NCBI GenBank assembly: GCA_965140785.1
Contig: OZ223514.1
Span: 160,001-224,000, forward strand
Reading direction: 5' to 3'
From: an uncultured Ruficoccus sp.
Lineage (GTDB): Bacteria; Verrucomicrobiota; Verrucomicrobiia; Opitutales; Cerasicoccaceae
Length of the DNA: 64,000 bases
A model generated the notes under the pieces. It was not told the origin of the DNA and ran no database searches. It saw nothing but the letters and a program-made list of their open reading frames with translations. Position numbers and translations under genes: made by a program. Shown here piece by piece: positions 20,974 to 29,722 of the stretch. Within the stretch, counting starts at the first letter, position 1; each line of letters starts with the position of its first letter.

Positions 20974-23900
20974 ATGTCTATTTCCCACTATTTCATCGAC
21001 CGGCCGCGCTTCGCCATCGTCCTCTCGCTGGTCATCATCATCATCGGTGGACTGACCTTTTTCGGCCTGCCCACCGCGCAGTTCCCGGAGGTGGCTCCGC
21101 CCACGATCGTCGTGCGCGCCAACTTGCCGGGGGCGACCCCGGAGATCCTGGCCGAGACCGTCGCCGCTCCGCTGGAGCAGGAGATCAACGGCGTGGAAAA
21201 CATGCTCTACATGGCCTCCTCCAGCACGGCGGACGGCAGTGTGCAGATTACGATCACCTTTGAGCTGGGCACCGATCTGGACACCGCGCAGGTGCTGGTG
21301 CAGAACCGCGTCGCCGTGGCCCAGCCCCGCCTGCCGGAGCAGACGCGCCAGATCGGCGTGGTGGTGGAGAAGAGCGTCCCGGACCTGCTGATGGTCGTGC
21401 AGATGTACTCGCCGGACGACTCCCTCGACAAGGAGTACGTCAGCAATTACGCGATCCGCCAGGTCCGCGAATCCCTGCGCCGCATCGACGGGGTGGGTGC
21501 GGTGCGCACCTTTGGCTCGCGCGAATACAGCATGCGCGTCTGGCTCGACCCTGAGCGCATGGCCAATCTCAACATCACCGCCGGGGATGTCGTGAACGCC
21601 CTGCGCGAGCAGAACGTGCAGGTCGCTGCCGGCATCATCGGTCAGGAGCCGGTGGATTCGGCGGGGGACTACCAGCTGAACGTCAGCACCCTGGGCCGGC
21701 TCAACGAGGTGGAGCAGTTTGAGGACGTGGTGGTCAAGAGCGACGAGGAGGGCACGGTCGTTTACCTGCGCGATGTGGCGCGGGTGGAACTGGGCGCGCT
21801 GGAGTACAACGTCAACAACTACATGGGCACCACGCCCGCCGTGGCCATGCCCATCCAGCAGCGGCCCGGCTCCAACGCTCTCGCCACCGCGCAGGAAATC
21901 CGCAGGCAGATGCAGGAGCTGTCCAAGTCGTTTCCGCCGGGACTGGCCTACAGCATTATTTACGACCCCACGGTCTTCATTCAGGAGTCTATCGACGCGG
22001 TGTTTCACACCATTTTAGAGGCCATCCTTCTCGTGGTGCTCGTTATCATTATTTTCCTGCAATCCTGGCGTGCCTCCCTCATCCCGCTGACAGCGATCCC
22101 CGTCTCGCTTATCGGTACCTTCGCGGCCATGTCCGCCTTCGGGTTCTCCATTAACAACCTGACGCTCTTCGGGCTGGCGCTGGCCATCGGGATCGTGGTG
22201 GACGACGCCATCGTCGTGGTCGAGAACATCGAACGCAATCTGGACAAGGGCCTCTCCAACCGGGAGGCGGCGCGCACCGCCATGACGGAAATCACCGGCC
22301 CGCTGATCTCGGCCACGCTGGTCATGGCCGCGATTTTTATTCCCACGGCTTTTCTGCCGGGCATCACCGGGCAGTTCTACCGCCAGTTCGCGCTCACCAT
22401 CGCTTTCTCCGTTGGCATCTCGGGCTTTGTATCGCTGACCCTGAGTCCGGCGCTGGCGGTCTTCCTGCTGCGTCCACACGGGGCCAAGCCGGACTTCGTG
22501 CAGCGCGTCATCGACTTCTGCCTCGGCTGGTTCTTCCGGGGCTTCAACTGGCTGTTCGATCGCTTCACGCGAGGCTACTCCAGCATCGTCAAGCGCTTCG
22601 TCCGCATGGGCCTGGTGGCGTCGGCTATTTTTATCATTTTCCTCCTGCTGACCGCCTGGGGCTTCCGCCTCGTGCCGGGCGGGTTCATCCCCTCGACCGA
22701 CCAGGGGTACGGTATTATCGTATTGCAGTTGCCTGACGGTGCTTCACTGGACCGGACCGACGCCCTCGTGCAGGAGGTGACCGCGCGCGCCATCGCACTG
22801 GACGGCATTCACAGCGCCGTTGCCTTCGCCGGCTTCAACGGCGCGACCTTCGCCAACTCGACCAATTCCGCGGCTATCTTTGTCGCCTACGAGCCCTTCG
22901 AGGAGCGCAAGGACCCGGAGCTGAGCGGTAACGCCATTCTCAACCGCTTACGGGGCGCGTTGGCCGATATTCGGGACGCCTACGTCATCGTCATCCCGCC
23001 CCCCCCGGTGCGCGGAATCGGTAACGGCGGCGGCTGGAAAATGGAGATTCAGGACCGCGCCGGGCTGGGCTACTCCGCCCTGCAGGACGCCACCATGCAG
23101 TTGATGATGGCCGCCAATCAGGAACCCGGCCTGACCCAGGTTTTCACGCCTTTCCGCGCCAACGTGCCGCAGCTTTATGTCGATGTGGACCGCGAAAAAG
23201 CCAAGATGCTCGACGTTCCGCTGGACAACATTTTCGAGACCTTGCAGGTATTCCTCGGCTCGCTCTTCGTCAACGACGTGAACCTCTTCGGGCGCACCTA
23301 CCGCCTCACCGCGCAGGCCGACACGCAGTTCCGCGACGAGAAGGAGGACATCGCGAAGTTGAAAACCCGCAACGCCGACGGTGAGATGGTGCCCCTGGGC
23401 TCCCTGATCAAGGTCCGCACCATCGCCGGGCCGGACCGCGTGGTCCGCTATAACCTGTACCCCGCCGCCGAGCTGCAAGGCGTCAGCGCGCCGGGCTACA
23501 GCACCGGCCAGTCCCTCGAAACGATGGAGCGCCTGGCGGCGGAAATTCTCCCGCCGGGGATGAGCTTCGAATGGACCGACCTGGCCTATCAGGAGAAGCA
23601 GGTCGGCAACGCCAGCCTGTACATTTTCCCGCTCGCCGTGCTCTTCGTCTTCTTCGTGCTCGTGGCCCAGTATGAGAACTGGTCGCTGCCGCTCGCGGTC
23701 ATCGTTATCGTGCCGCTGTGCCTCTTCGGCGCCATCTGGCTGCTCTGGCTGCGGGGCATGGACAATAACATTCTCAACCAGGTCGGCTTCGTCGTGCTCA
23801 TCGGCTTGGCGGCCAAGAACGCCATCCTCATCGTCGAGTTTGCCAAGCAGCAGGAAGACGCGGGGACAGAGGTCCACCTGGCCGCCAGCGAGGCGGCGCG

Positions 23901-24120
23901 CCTGCGGTTGCGCCCGATCCTGATGACCTCCATCGCCTTCATCCTCGGGGTGGTGCCGCTCATGATCGCCACCGGTGCCGGTTGGGAAATGCGCCAGGCG
24001 CTCGGGACGCCGGTCTTCGGCGGCATGCTCTTCGTGACGCTGGTGGGTATCTTCCTGACGCCGGTCTTCTATGTCATGATTCGCCGCCTGACCCACCGCA
24101 AAGGCCACGCGAGCGAATAG
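20974..24120 (+). CDS. RND efflux permease (HAE1, MexF/AcrB-like)
   Basis: FIDRPRFA; GIVVDDAIVVVENIER; AKNAILIVEFA; RLRPILMTS; 1048 aa. Confidence 0.96.
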   Translation: MSISHYFIDRPRFAIVLSLVIIIIGGLTFFGLPTAQFPEVAPPTIVVRANLPGATPEILAETVAAPLEQEINGVENMLYMASSSTADGSVQITITFELGTDLDTAQVLVQNRVAVAQPRLPEQTRQIGVVVEKSVPDLLMVVQMYSPDDSLDKEYVSNYAIRQVRESLRRIDGVGAVRTFGSREYSMRVWLDPERMANLNITAGDVVNALREQNVQVAAGIIGQEPVDSAGDYQLNVSTLGRLNEVEQFEDVVVKSDEEGTVVYLRDVARVELGALEYNVNNYMGTTPAVAMPIQQRPGSNALATAQEIRRQMQELSKSFPPGLAYSIIYDPTVFIQESIDAVFHTILEAILLVVLVIIIFLQSWRASLIPLTAIPVSLIGTFAAMSAFGFSINNLTLFGLALAIGIVVDDAIVVVENIERNLDKGLSNREAARTAMTEITGPLISATLVMAAIFIPTAFLPGITGQFYRQFALTIAFSVGISGFVSLTLSPALAVFLLRPHGAKPDFVQRVIDFCLGWFFRGFNWLFDRFTRGYSSIVKRFVRMGLVASAIFIIFLLLTAWGFRLVPGGFIPSTDQGYGIIVLQLPDGASLDRTDALVQEVTARAIALDGIHSAVAFAGFNGATFANSTNSAAIFVAYEPFEERKDPELSGNAILNRLRGALADIRDAYVIVIPPPPVRGIGNGGGWKMEIQDRAGLGYSALQDATMQLMMAANQEPGLTQVFTPFRANVPQLYVDVDREKAKMLDVPLDNIFETLQVFLGSLFVNDVNLFGRTYRLTAQADTQFRDEKEDIAKLKTRNADGEMVPLGSLIKVRTIAGPDRVVRYNLYPAAELQGVSAPGYSTGQSLETMERLAAEILPPGMSFEWTDLAYQEKQVGNASLYIFPLAVLFVFFVLVAQYENWSLPLAVIVIVPLCLFGAIWLLWLRGMDNNILNQVGFVVLIGLAAKNAILIVEFAKQQEDAGTEVHLAASEAARLRLRPILMTSIAFILGVVPLMIATGAGWEMRQALGTPVFGGMLFVTLVGIFLTPVFYVMIRRLTHRKGHASE

Positions 24121-24202
24121 ATTATCCGGCGGGGAGTGTATGTGCTCCCGCCGGGGTGGCCGGTCGCCCCTTCTCCCGGCTGCCCGTCGGTGGCGCGGAG
24201 CT

Positions 24203-25426
24203 CTACGGGGTGGAGCTGGAAGAGGCGGAGCACGATTCCTGCGCTGCGGTCATCAGCCAGTCGCTGCCGGTTTCGGAGAGCACGGTTCCGGTCTCATGGG
24301 CTTGAAGTAATTGCCGGTCCAGCCCGCGCACGTAGTGGTACGGATCGCCTTTGAGCGTGCCCGTTTCTATCTGTTCGGCCGGGAAGTCCCTGATCGCCAG
24401 GTCTGCATGAAGCCTCGTTACAAAGCGCGTATGCGCTGCGGCCAGTTCGAGGGTGCAGCAGTCGCCCGTGCCTCCGGTCAGACGGCTGAAAATGGTTTCG
24501 AACATCTCCCGGCGCGGATCTATTTTTTCCGATTGGCTGGCCTCTTCCTCGCCGCCGATAAGGCGATAGTTTTCATTCTCGTACCACTGGAAACGCCCGT
24601 TCTCGCAGATGACTTCGATCGTGGGCCGGTGCCGGGCTTCGGTGGAATGGCTGAAGTTGAAGATCAACTCGATGCCGTTTTCGGTTTCCATGCGGGCCGA
24701 GAATGTATCGAAGCTCTCAATCGCCTGAGCGCGGTAGGCCTCGATGTCCTGCTGGACGACGCTAGCGGTGTCGGAGAGTGTTTTGCCGCCCAGGAACAAC
24801 GGCATCATGACAAAGTGCGCCATGGCATTGTTGACGGGAGAGTCCAGTACGGGCTGATTCCCGACGTACAGTTTCCCCGCCCAGGCATTGCGCGTGTAGT
24901 AACGGGTGGATCGTGGCCACAGCGCCAGGGCTTTGATGGTTTTGACACGCCCGAACTCTCCCCCCACCAGACGCGCCTTGGTCTCCCAGAGGCTTTTCGA
25001 ATACATGTTCTGGAAGCCGACGTAAACCTTCTTGCCGCAGCGGTCGCGGGCGTCGGTCATTGTGCGGACCTCCTCCAGACTGGCGGTGAGGGGCTTCTCA
25101 ACCAGGACATGCATCCCTGCCTCCAGGGCGGCGACTGTCATGCCGCAGTGCAGGTGGATGCTGGTGGGAATGGCGCAGAGATCCACCCGCCCGGCTTCTG
25201 CTTCGATCATCTGGCGGAAATCGCCATAGATGCGACAGCCGATTTGCTCAAGTTTGCGGCAGGTTTCTACGGTTTCATCCGGATTAATGACGGTGGCTGC
25301 GCAAAGGCGAATGCGTCCCTCCCGGTGATACCCCATCAGCTTGTCGGCATAGAGAGCTCCGTAGCCGGATACTCCTACCAGGGCAAGGCGGACAGGAGCG
25401 GTTGGATTCGTCTGTGTGGCAGGCAT
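24203..25426 (-). CDS. Gfo/Idh/MocA family oxidoreductase
   Basis: LVGVSGYG; HVLVEKPL; VGFQ; paralog of 43579..44763. Confidence 0.9.
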   Translation of the reverse strand: MPATQTNPTAPVRLALVGVSGYGALYADKLMGYHREGRIRLCAATVINPDETVETCRKLEQIGCRIYGDFRQMIEAEAGRVDLCAIPTSIHLHCGMTVAALEAGMHVLVEKPLTASLEEVRTMTDARDRCGKKVYVGFQNMYSKSLWETKARLVGGEFGRVKTIKALALWPRSTRYYTRNAWAGKLYVGNQPVLDSPVNNAMAHFVMMPLFLGGKTLSDTASVVQQDIEAYRAQAIESFDTFSARMETENGIELIFNFSHSTEARHRPTIEVICENGRFQWYENENYRLIGGEEEASQSEKIDPRREMFETIFSRLTGGTGDCCTLELAAAHTRFVTRLHADLAIRDFPAEQIETGTLKGDPYHYVRGLDRQLLQAHETGTVLSETGSDWLMTAAQESCSASSSSTP

Positions 25427-25522
25427 TTTTCAAGGGAGCGGGAAATGACCAAATGGAAGGGATGCTGAATTTACAGGGGGTCGTTTGGGAAGCTCGTGGT
25501 TGGAGGCGGCGCTCCTGTGTTT

Positions 25523-26254
25523 TTACAGTTGGGCGGGAGCCTCGCTGACAGGTGCTTCCATGATCCTCATATCAGCGCCTTTGAGCTTGGTGGGGTGAGG
25601 CGCGATAAACAGGTACAGGCGGGAGCCGGGTTGCATTCGGATATTTCTCTGGATGAGGGGTATCGCTCTGTTGCTGTCATCGTCTCTTGCTACCGCCATT
25701 AGGTTGACCCCTCGATTTATTTGCTCCGTTACTCGTATCAATTTAGTGCCATAAGCGGGCAGGCTGATCTGCTCATTCCCGATTTTCAGGTAAAGCGTCT
25801 TCGCGAATAAATTAACAATATACAGGCTCTGTGGCGGGAAGGCGCTCAGGCTGTTGTCAAACGCCCAGCCCTTAAACCGGATGGGCGTCACCGACAGGTC
25901 GGGAAAGAGCAGGATCGCCGTATCCGGCACCTGGGGGTTGAGCTTGATCGTGGCCGCCGGCGTGGGAGGAGCTTCGGGATTGGGCGGCTGAAGGTAGAGG
26001 GCCAGGTCTTCGGGACCGGCATAGGTGGTGGTTCGGCCGAAGTCTCCGAAGGGGGCTATCGCCTTGGTGACTTGCTCCTGCTTGAGATAGTAGAGGTCTA
26101 TGCCCGCCTTTTCGCCCTCATTCATGATGGGGCGCAGGTTCACCCCGTCGTACCAGACCGCCAGGCTGAGCCGTGTGTGGATGGCCGGAGGCTCCTGGGC
26201 GCTCAGGCTCACGGTAGCCAGCGCGATCAGCAGGTGGGGAAAAAAGTTTTTCAT
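25523..26254 (-). CDS. Hypothetical secreted protein, partner of the PilX/GspK-like gene
   Basis: Signal peptide MKNFFPHLLIALATVSLSA; starts 23 nt after the large pilin-like gene on the same strand. Confidence 0.75.
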   Translation of the reverse strand: MKNFFPHLLIALATVSLSAQEPPAIHTRLSLAVWYDGVNLRPIMNEGEKAGIDLYYLKQEQVTKAIAPFGDFGRTTTYAGPEDLALYLQPPNPEAPPTPAATIKLNPQVPDTAILLFPDLSVTPIRFKGWAFDNSLSAFPPQSLYIVNLFAKTLYLKIGNEQISLPAYGTKLIRVTEQINRGVNLMAVARDDDSNRAIPLIQRNIRMQPGSRLYLFIAPHPTKLKGADMRIMEAPVSEAPAQL

Positions 26255-26277
26255 CAGTTAATTTCTGGATGCGAAAA

Positions 26278-29200
26278 TCAGAGGGTATCGCCATTGAGCC
26301 AGCGGAAGGCGACGATGCGGAACTTGCGCCCGAGGGGAGTATTGGCGGCGTTGGCGGGCTCGGCCGGATCCTGCGCGGGGTCTTCGAGATAGCTGGGCAT
26401 ACGCTGGACAATGGCCTCGCACTGGGCGGAGGCGATGGTGTTGCCCGTGAGCGGATCGACGCTCTCGCCGTACGCGCGGATGAGAAAAGAGTCCCCGCGG
26501 ACCGTGAGGAGGGGGCCCAGCTTGGCCAGCAGATCCGCCTGGCTCAGGTAGCCCGGAGCCTGGCTGGAGCGTAGCCCCAGCGCGGCATCGGCAAACGCGT
26601 AATCCAGTTCCTCGTGCACGGCCTGGACGGCGTTGGTCGCGTCGGGAGTGGGGTTGATGCCGGCGGGAGCATAATCGACGCCATCGACGGTGACCGTCTG
26701 TTGCGAGTCGATCGCCGCCTGCAAAAGTCCGCTGAGCTGGTTGCCCGGCACCCCCGAGGCCGGGTCCCGATTGATGAATTCGGCCAGGCTGGTGAAGGGG
26801 CCGCGTTGGCGGATCTGATGCACGATCTGGCCGGCGAGGTTGCGTATCTGCACGTCGCTGAGATCGCGGTAGCCGCGCCAATATTCGGCAGTGGTGTCGG
26901 CATCATCGTCTTCCCCGATGGCATCGCCGGCGGGCAGGGGGCTGCGGGCATAGGCGCTGCCGGTATTCATGGTCAGGCTTTGCTGGCCGGAGATGGCGTC
27001 CTCAATGCGCGTTGGGAACCGGTAGCCGCTGGCCAGCAGGGCGGTCCACGCATCCACGGAGTCGGAGTTGACGTTGAAGGGGCCGTCGATCATCAGGTAC
27101 CCGGCTGCGCGCTCCGGGTCGAGCAGGGTAGCGGTCGCCGGGGGGGTACCGTCCCGGTCCACGATCTGGATGCGCGGGTAGGCCGGAGTCGCCACGCCGT
27201 TCTCATCGGTCTCCAGGGTGGAGAAGAAATAATCGTCCCAGAGCGCCTGGTTCAGCAGGTAGGAAAAATCCTGCAAGCCGTAGTCGGGCACAGCAGTGGC
27301 ATTCGCGGGTATCCAGGGGTTGGCGCGGGAGTTCCCCACCGCATAGGTCGGGGCATAGACGCTGGTGGAGAAGTCCACCTGCTGCAACTCCGCCAGCGAG
27401 GACATCGGCTCGCGGGGGAGATGGAAGAAGACCAGCCGCGGCTCCAGGGATGTGCTGTCGAACATGGCCGGGTCCCAGAGGCTGAAGACACCTTTGTACT
27501 GCGTATCCGTGTCCGAAAATGGCGATAAAACGGGGGACTGACCGAACTCTGTGATCCCCAGATTGCTTTTGTAGAGTTTTTGTTGGTAGTTGGAACGCAG
27601 GTTGTAGTCGCGCAGGCTGGCAAGCCCTTCATGAGAGGCCGGATGATCATCCTTATTAACGAGGTCGTTGGGCCCCTTGAGGTAAGCACCGATATAGTAG
27701 GTGGAGCCGGACGACTCGGCGTCATAGGCGACACTCTGCGTGGTGGTCAGCGTGTGGGACCTCATGGGGTTCTCGTTATCGACCAAGCCGAGGTAAAGCA
27801 GCGTTTTGACGGATCCGGCAAGGAGCCTCAACCTGAGAGCGTGTGTGCCGTCCTTCATCTGGTCGTACATCTCGCCGGTCAATGGCTGGTCGAGCGCGCC
27901 ACTGATATCCTCCGAAGAGGCGTAGTGGGAGCTCAACGGGTCTTTGACTTCATCCAGGGGCAGGACCCACTGATCGCTTTTGCCGGGGAGGTCCGTATTA
28001 TCGGAGAGGGCGAAGACCTTGATTTCTCCCGGTTCGAAAGACGCGGTAAAGCTGACCCGGAATGAGTTTGTACGGAACGTGTTGCCCGACGAGTCCGTTG
28101 TGTGCCCGGTGAAATCCGGCAACCATTCGTTCAGGTAGTTTCCGTAGTTTTCCTTCCCGTAGGAGGAGCCGGAGTGGGGAGTCAGGATCGTTGTGTCACC
28201 GCTGGCACCTTCGAGTTCCAGGACCATCGCCGGCTCGCGCTGAGTATTGTTCTTAGTGGGGTCAAATTCGTCGACAGTATAGCTGCCCCCGCCGGACTCT
28301 ATCCGAAACGTGTAGGTTTGCGACTTCAGCGGCACGTCATAGGGGTTGAGCATGACAACCACCGGCTCCAGGCGCAGTTCGAGGGGGATGATATCGGTGG
28401 GCTCATAAACCACGGGCACGGGGGGCTTAAGTGCTACGCTCATGCCCAGTTCCCAGAAAAACACCACCGGTGCGACGCCGTGGCTGTCCGGAAAATCCAT
28501 CACCGTCGCCCCGCCGCTGGTGACGGGATTGCGAACGCTCGGTCTGATCCCGTTGCCGTCGATGTCCTTGCTCAGGGCCAGGAAATTCTCCAGCAGCGCC
28601 CAGGGCGGTCCATCGGGATAGATGGTGCCGGGAGGCGCACTCGTCGCGGTCACGAGCGTGGTCAGGTCCTGCTTCAGTCCGCCATCGATCACGTTGGTCA
28701 GCAAGCCGTAGCTGTAGGCGCTGAGGCCGTGGTAGTGGTCTACCAGATCCTGCTTCGAGGTCAGGAGGGCGGCTTCGGCCAGGGAGGGCATCGAGCCCAG
28801 CTGGGCCCGCATCTTATCGCCTTCCTGACTGGGTTCGGAGGCGACGGCCAGCTCGCTCAAGTCGCTGATGGATGAAACGCCAAATCCTCTCGGGGCAACG
28901 ATGGTGGAGCCATCCTCACTGATGTAGCCATTTTCCGTGATCCTCTCGTCGGTTAAGTCGATGCGCGCTTTCTGCGCCAGGTCCGAGACCCAAAAGGCGT
29001 AGTATCCGCTCGGCGAGTTACCCCCAATGCGGACTTTGGGCGCGTAGCTCTCGCCATCGCCCAAAATGTCCACGCTGTTGGCTGCGTCGAGCGGGGTCTG
29101 CGGAGTTTCATCGCCGGAGACCATCCAGATCGGGGTGCCGGTGCCATCGCTGTTCCAAACGCCCAGCCAGCGGTTTTTTCCCGTCACTGCGGTGCTGGTG

Positions 29201-29472
29201 AGGGAGGCATCCGCCGTGATGACGGTATCCGGACCGAGGTCTTTTTGGACTTCACCGATCGCGACCTTCAGGCCCAGCAGCGCATTGGCCCGGGCCACGG
29301 AGATCTGGTTGACGGTCGACTGGGAGCGTGTCTCGACGGATACGAGCAGGCTCATGCTGAGCATCAGGCTCACCAGCAGGGCGAGTATCCCCAGCGAGAG
29401 GATCAGCGCGAAGCCGTTTTTACGGTTTCCATTCAGGGAGGAACCGTTTGCGTTGTTGGGGTAGACAAGCAT
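26278..29472 (-). CDS. Giant PilX/GspK-like minor pilin (verrucomicrobial type)
   Basis: Class III signal RKNG/FALILSL lacking Glu+5; GspK-like motifs QKARIDL, FNVNSDSVDAWTALL, RGPFTSLAEF, LTVRGDSFLIRAYG; C-terminal GRKFRIVAFRWL. Confidence 0.75.
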   Translation of the reverse strand: MLVYPNNANGSSLNGNRKNGFALILSLGILALLVSLMLSMSLLVSVETRSQSTVNQISVARANALLGLKVAIGEVQKDLGPDTVITADASLTSTAVTGKNRWLGVWNSDGTGTPIWMVSGDETPQTPLDAANSVDILGDGESYAPKVRIGGNSPSGYYAFWVSDLAQKARIDLTDERITENGYISEDGSTIVAPRGFGVSSISDLSELAVASEPSQEGDKMRAQLGSMPSLAEAALLTSKQDLVDHYHGLSAYSYGLLTNVIDGGLKQDLTTLVTATSAPPGTIYPDGPPWALLENFLALSKDIDGNGIRPSVRNPVTSGGATVMDFPDSHGVAPVVFFWELGMSVALKPPVPVVYEPTDIIPLELRLEPVVVMLNPYDVPLKSQTYTFRIESGGGSYTVDEFDPTKNNTQREPAMVLELEGASGDTTILTPHSGSSYGKENYGNYLNEWLPDFTGHTTDSSGNTFRTNSFRVSFTASFEPGEIKVFALSDNTDLPGKSDQWVLPLDEVKDPLSSHYASSEDISGALDQPLTGEMYDQMKDGTHALRLRLLAGSVKTLLYLGLVDNENPMRSHTLTTTQSVAYDAESSGSTYYIGAYLKGPNDLVNKDDHPASHEGLASLRDYNLRSNYQQKLYKSNLGITEFGQSPVLSPFSDTDTQYKGVFSLWDPAMFDSTSLEPRLVFFHLPREPMSSLAELQQVDFSTSVYAPTYAVGNSRANPWIPANATAVPDYGLQDFSYLLNQALWDDYFFSTLETDENGVATPAYPRIQIVDRDGTPPATATLLDPERAAGYLMIDGPFNVNSDSVDAWTALLASGYRFPTRIEDAISGQQSLTMNTGSAYARSPLPAGDAIGEDDDADTTAEYWRGYRDLSDVQIRNLAGQIVHQIRQRGPFTSLAEFINRDPASGVPGNQLSGLLQAAIDSQQTVTVDGVDYAPAGINPTPDATNAVQAVHEELDYAFADAALGLRSSQAPGYLSQADLLAKLGPLLTVRGDSFLIRAYGESVDPLTGNTIASAQCEAIVQRMPSYLEDPAQDPAEPANAANTPLGRKFRIVAFRWLNGDTL

Positions 29473-29525
29473 AAATGGTAACTTTCAGCGTGCTCTATTC
29501 CGATGAAAAGTCGAACGGGGCTATT

Positions 29526-29539
29526 CGTTACCTGTAACG
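29526..29539. promoter_or_regulatory. Pectin-locus palindromic motif, copy 1
   Basis: CGTTACCTGTAACG upstream of the GspK-like gene. Confidence 0.7.
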
Positions 29540-29630
29540 CCCGATGACCTCAACCCATTTGGTTCCTTTAAGACAACCCGCCAGCATCGATGCCCGCCAC
29601 GAACTTGGACAGAGTTGACGGACTTTGTCC

Positions 29631-29644
29631 CGATACGTGTAACG
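29631..29644. promoter_or_regulatory. Pectin-locus palindromic motif, copy 2
   Basis: CGATACGTGTAACG upstream of the CE12 fusion. Confidence 0.7.
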
Positions 29645-29722
29645 GCAGGGATCGCTGGCGTGTGCCAGCAGTCCTCTTATGGTAGCATGCTCAAACTCCC
29701 ACCCTCTGGAACCCCTGCGTAT

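Noticed and set aside
17676..24120. TetR plus tripartite RND efflux operon as a novelty
   Set aside because: Ordinary, well-described architecture; listed as features only.
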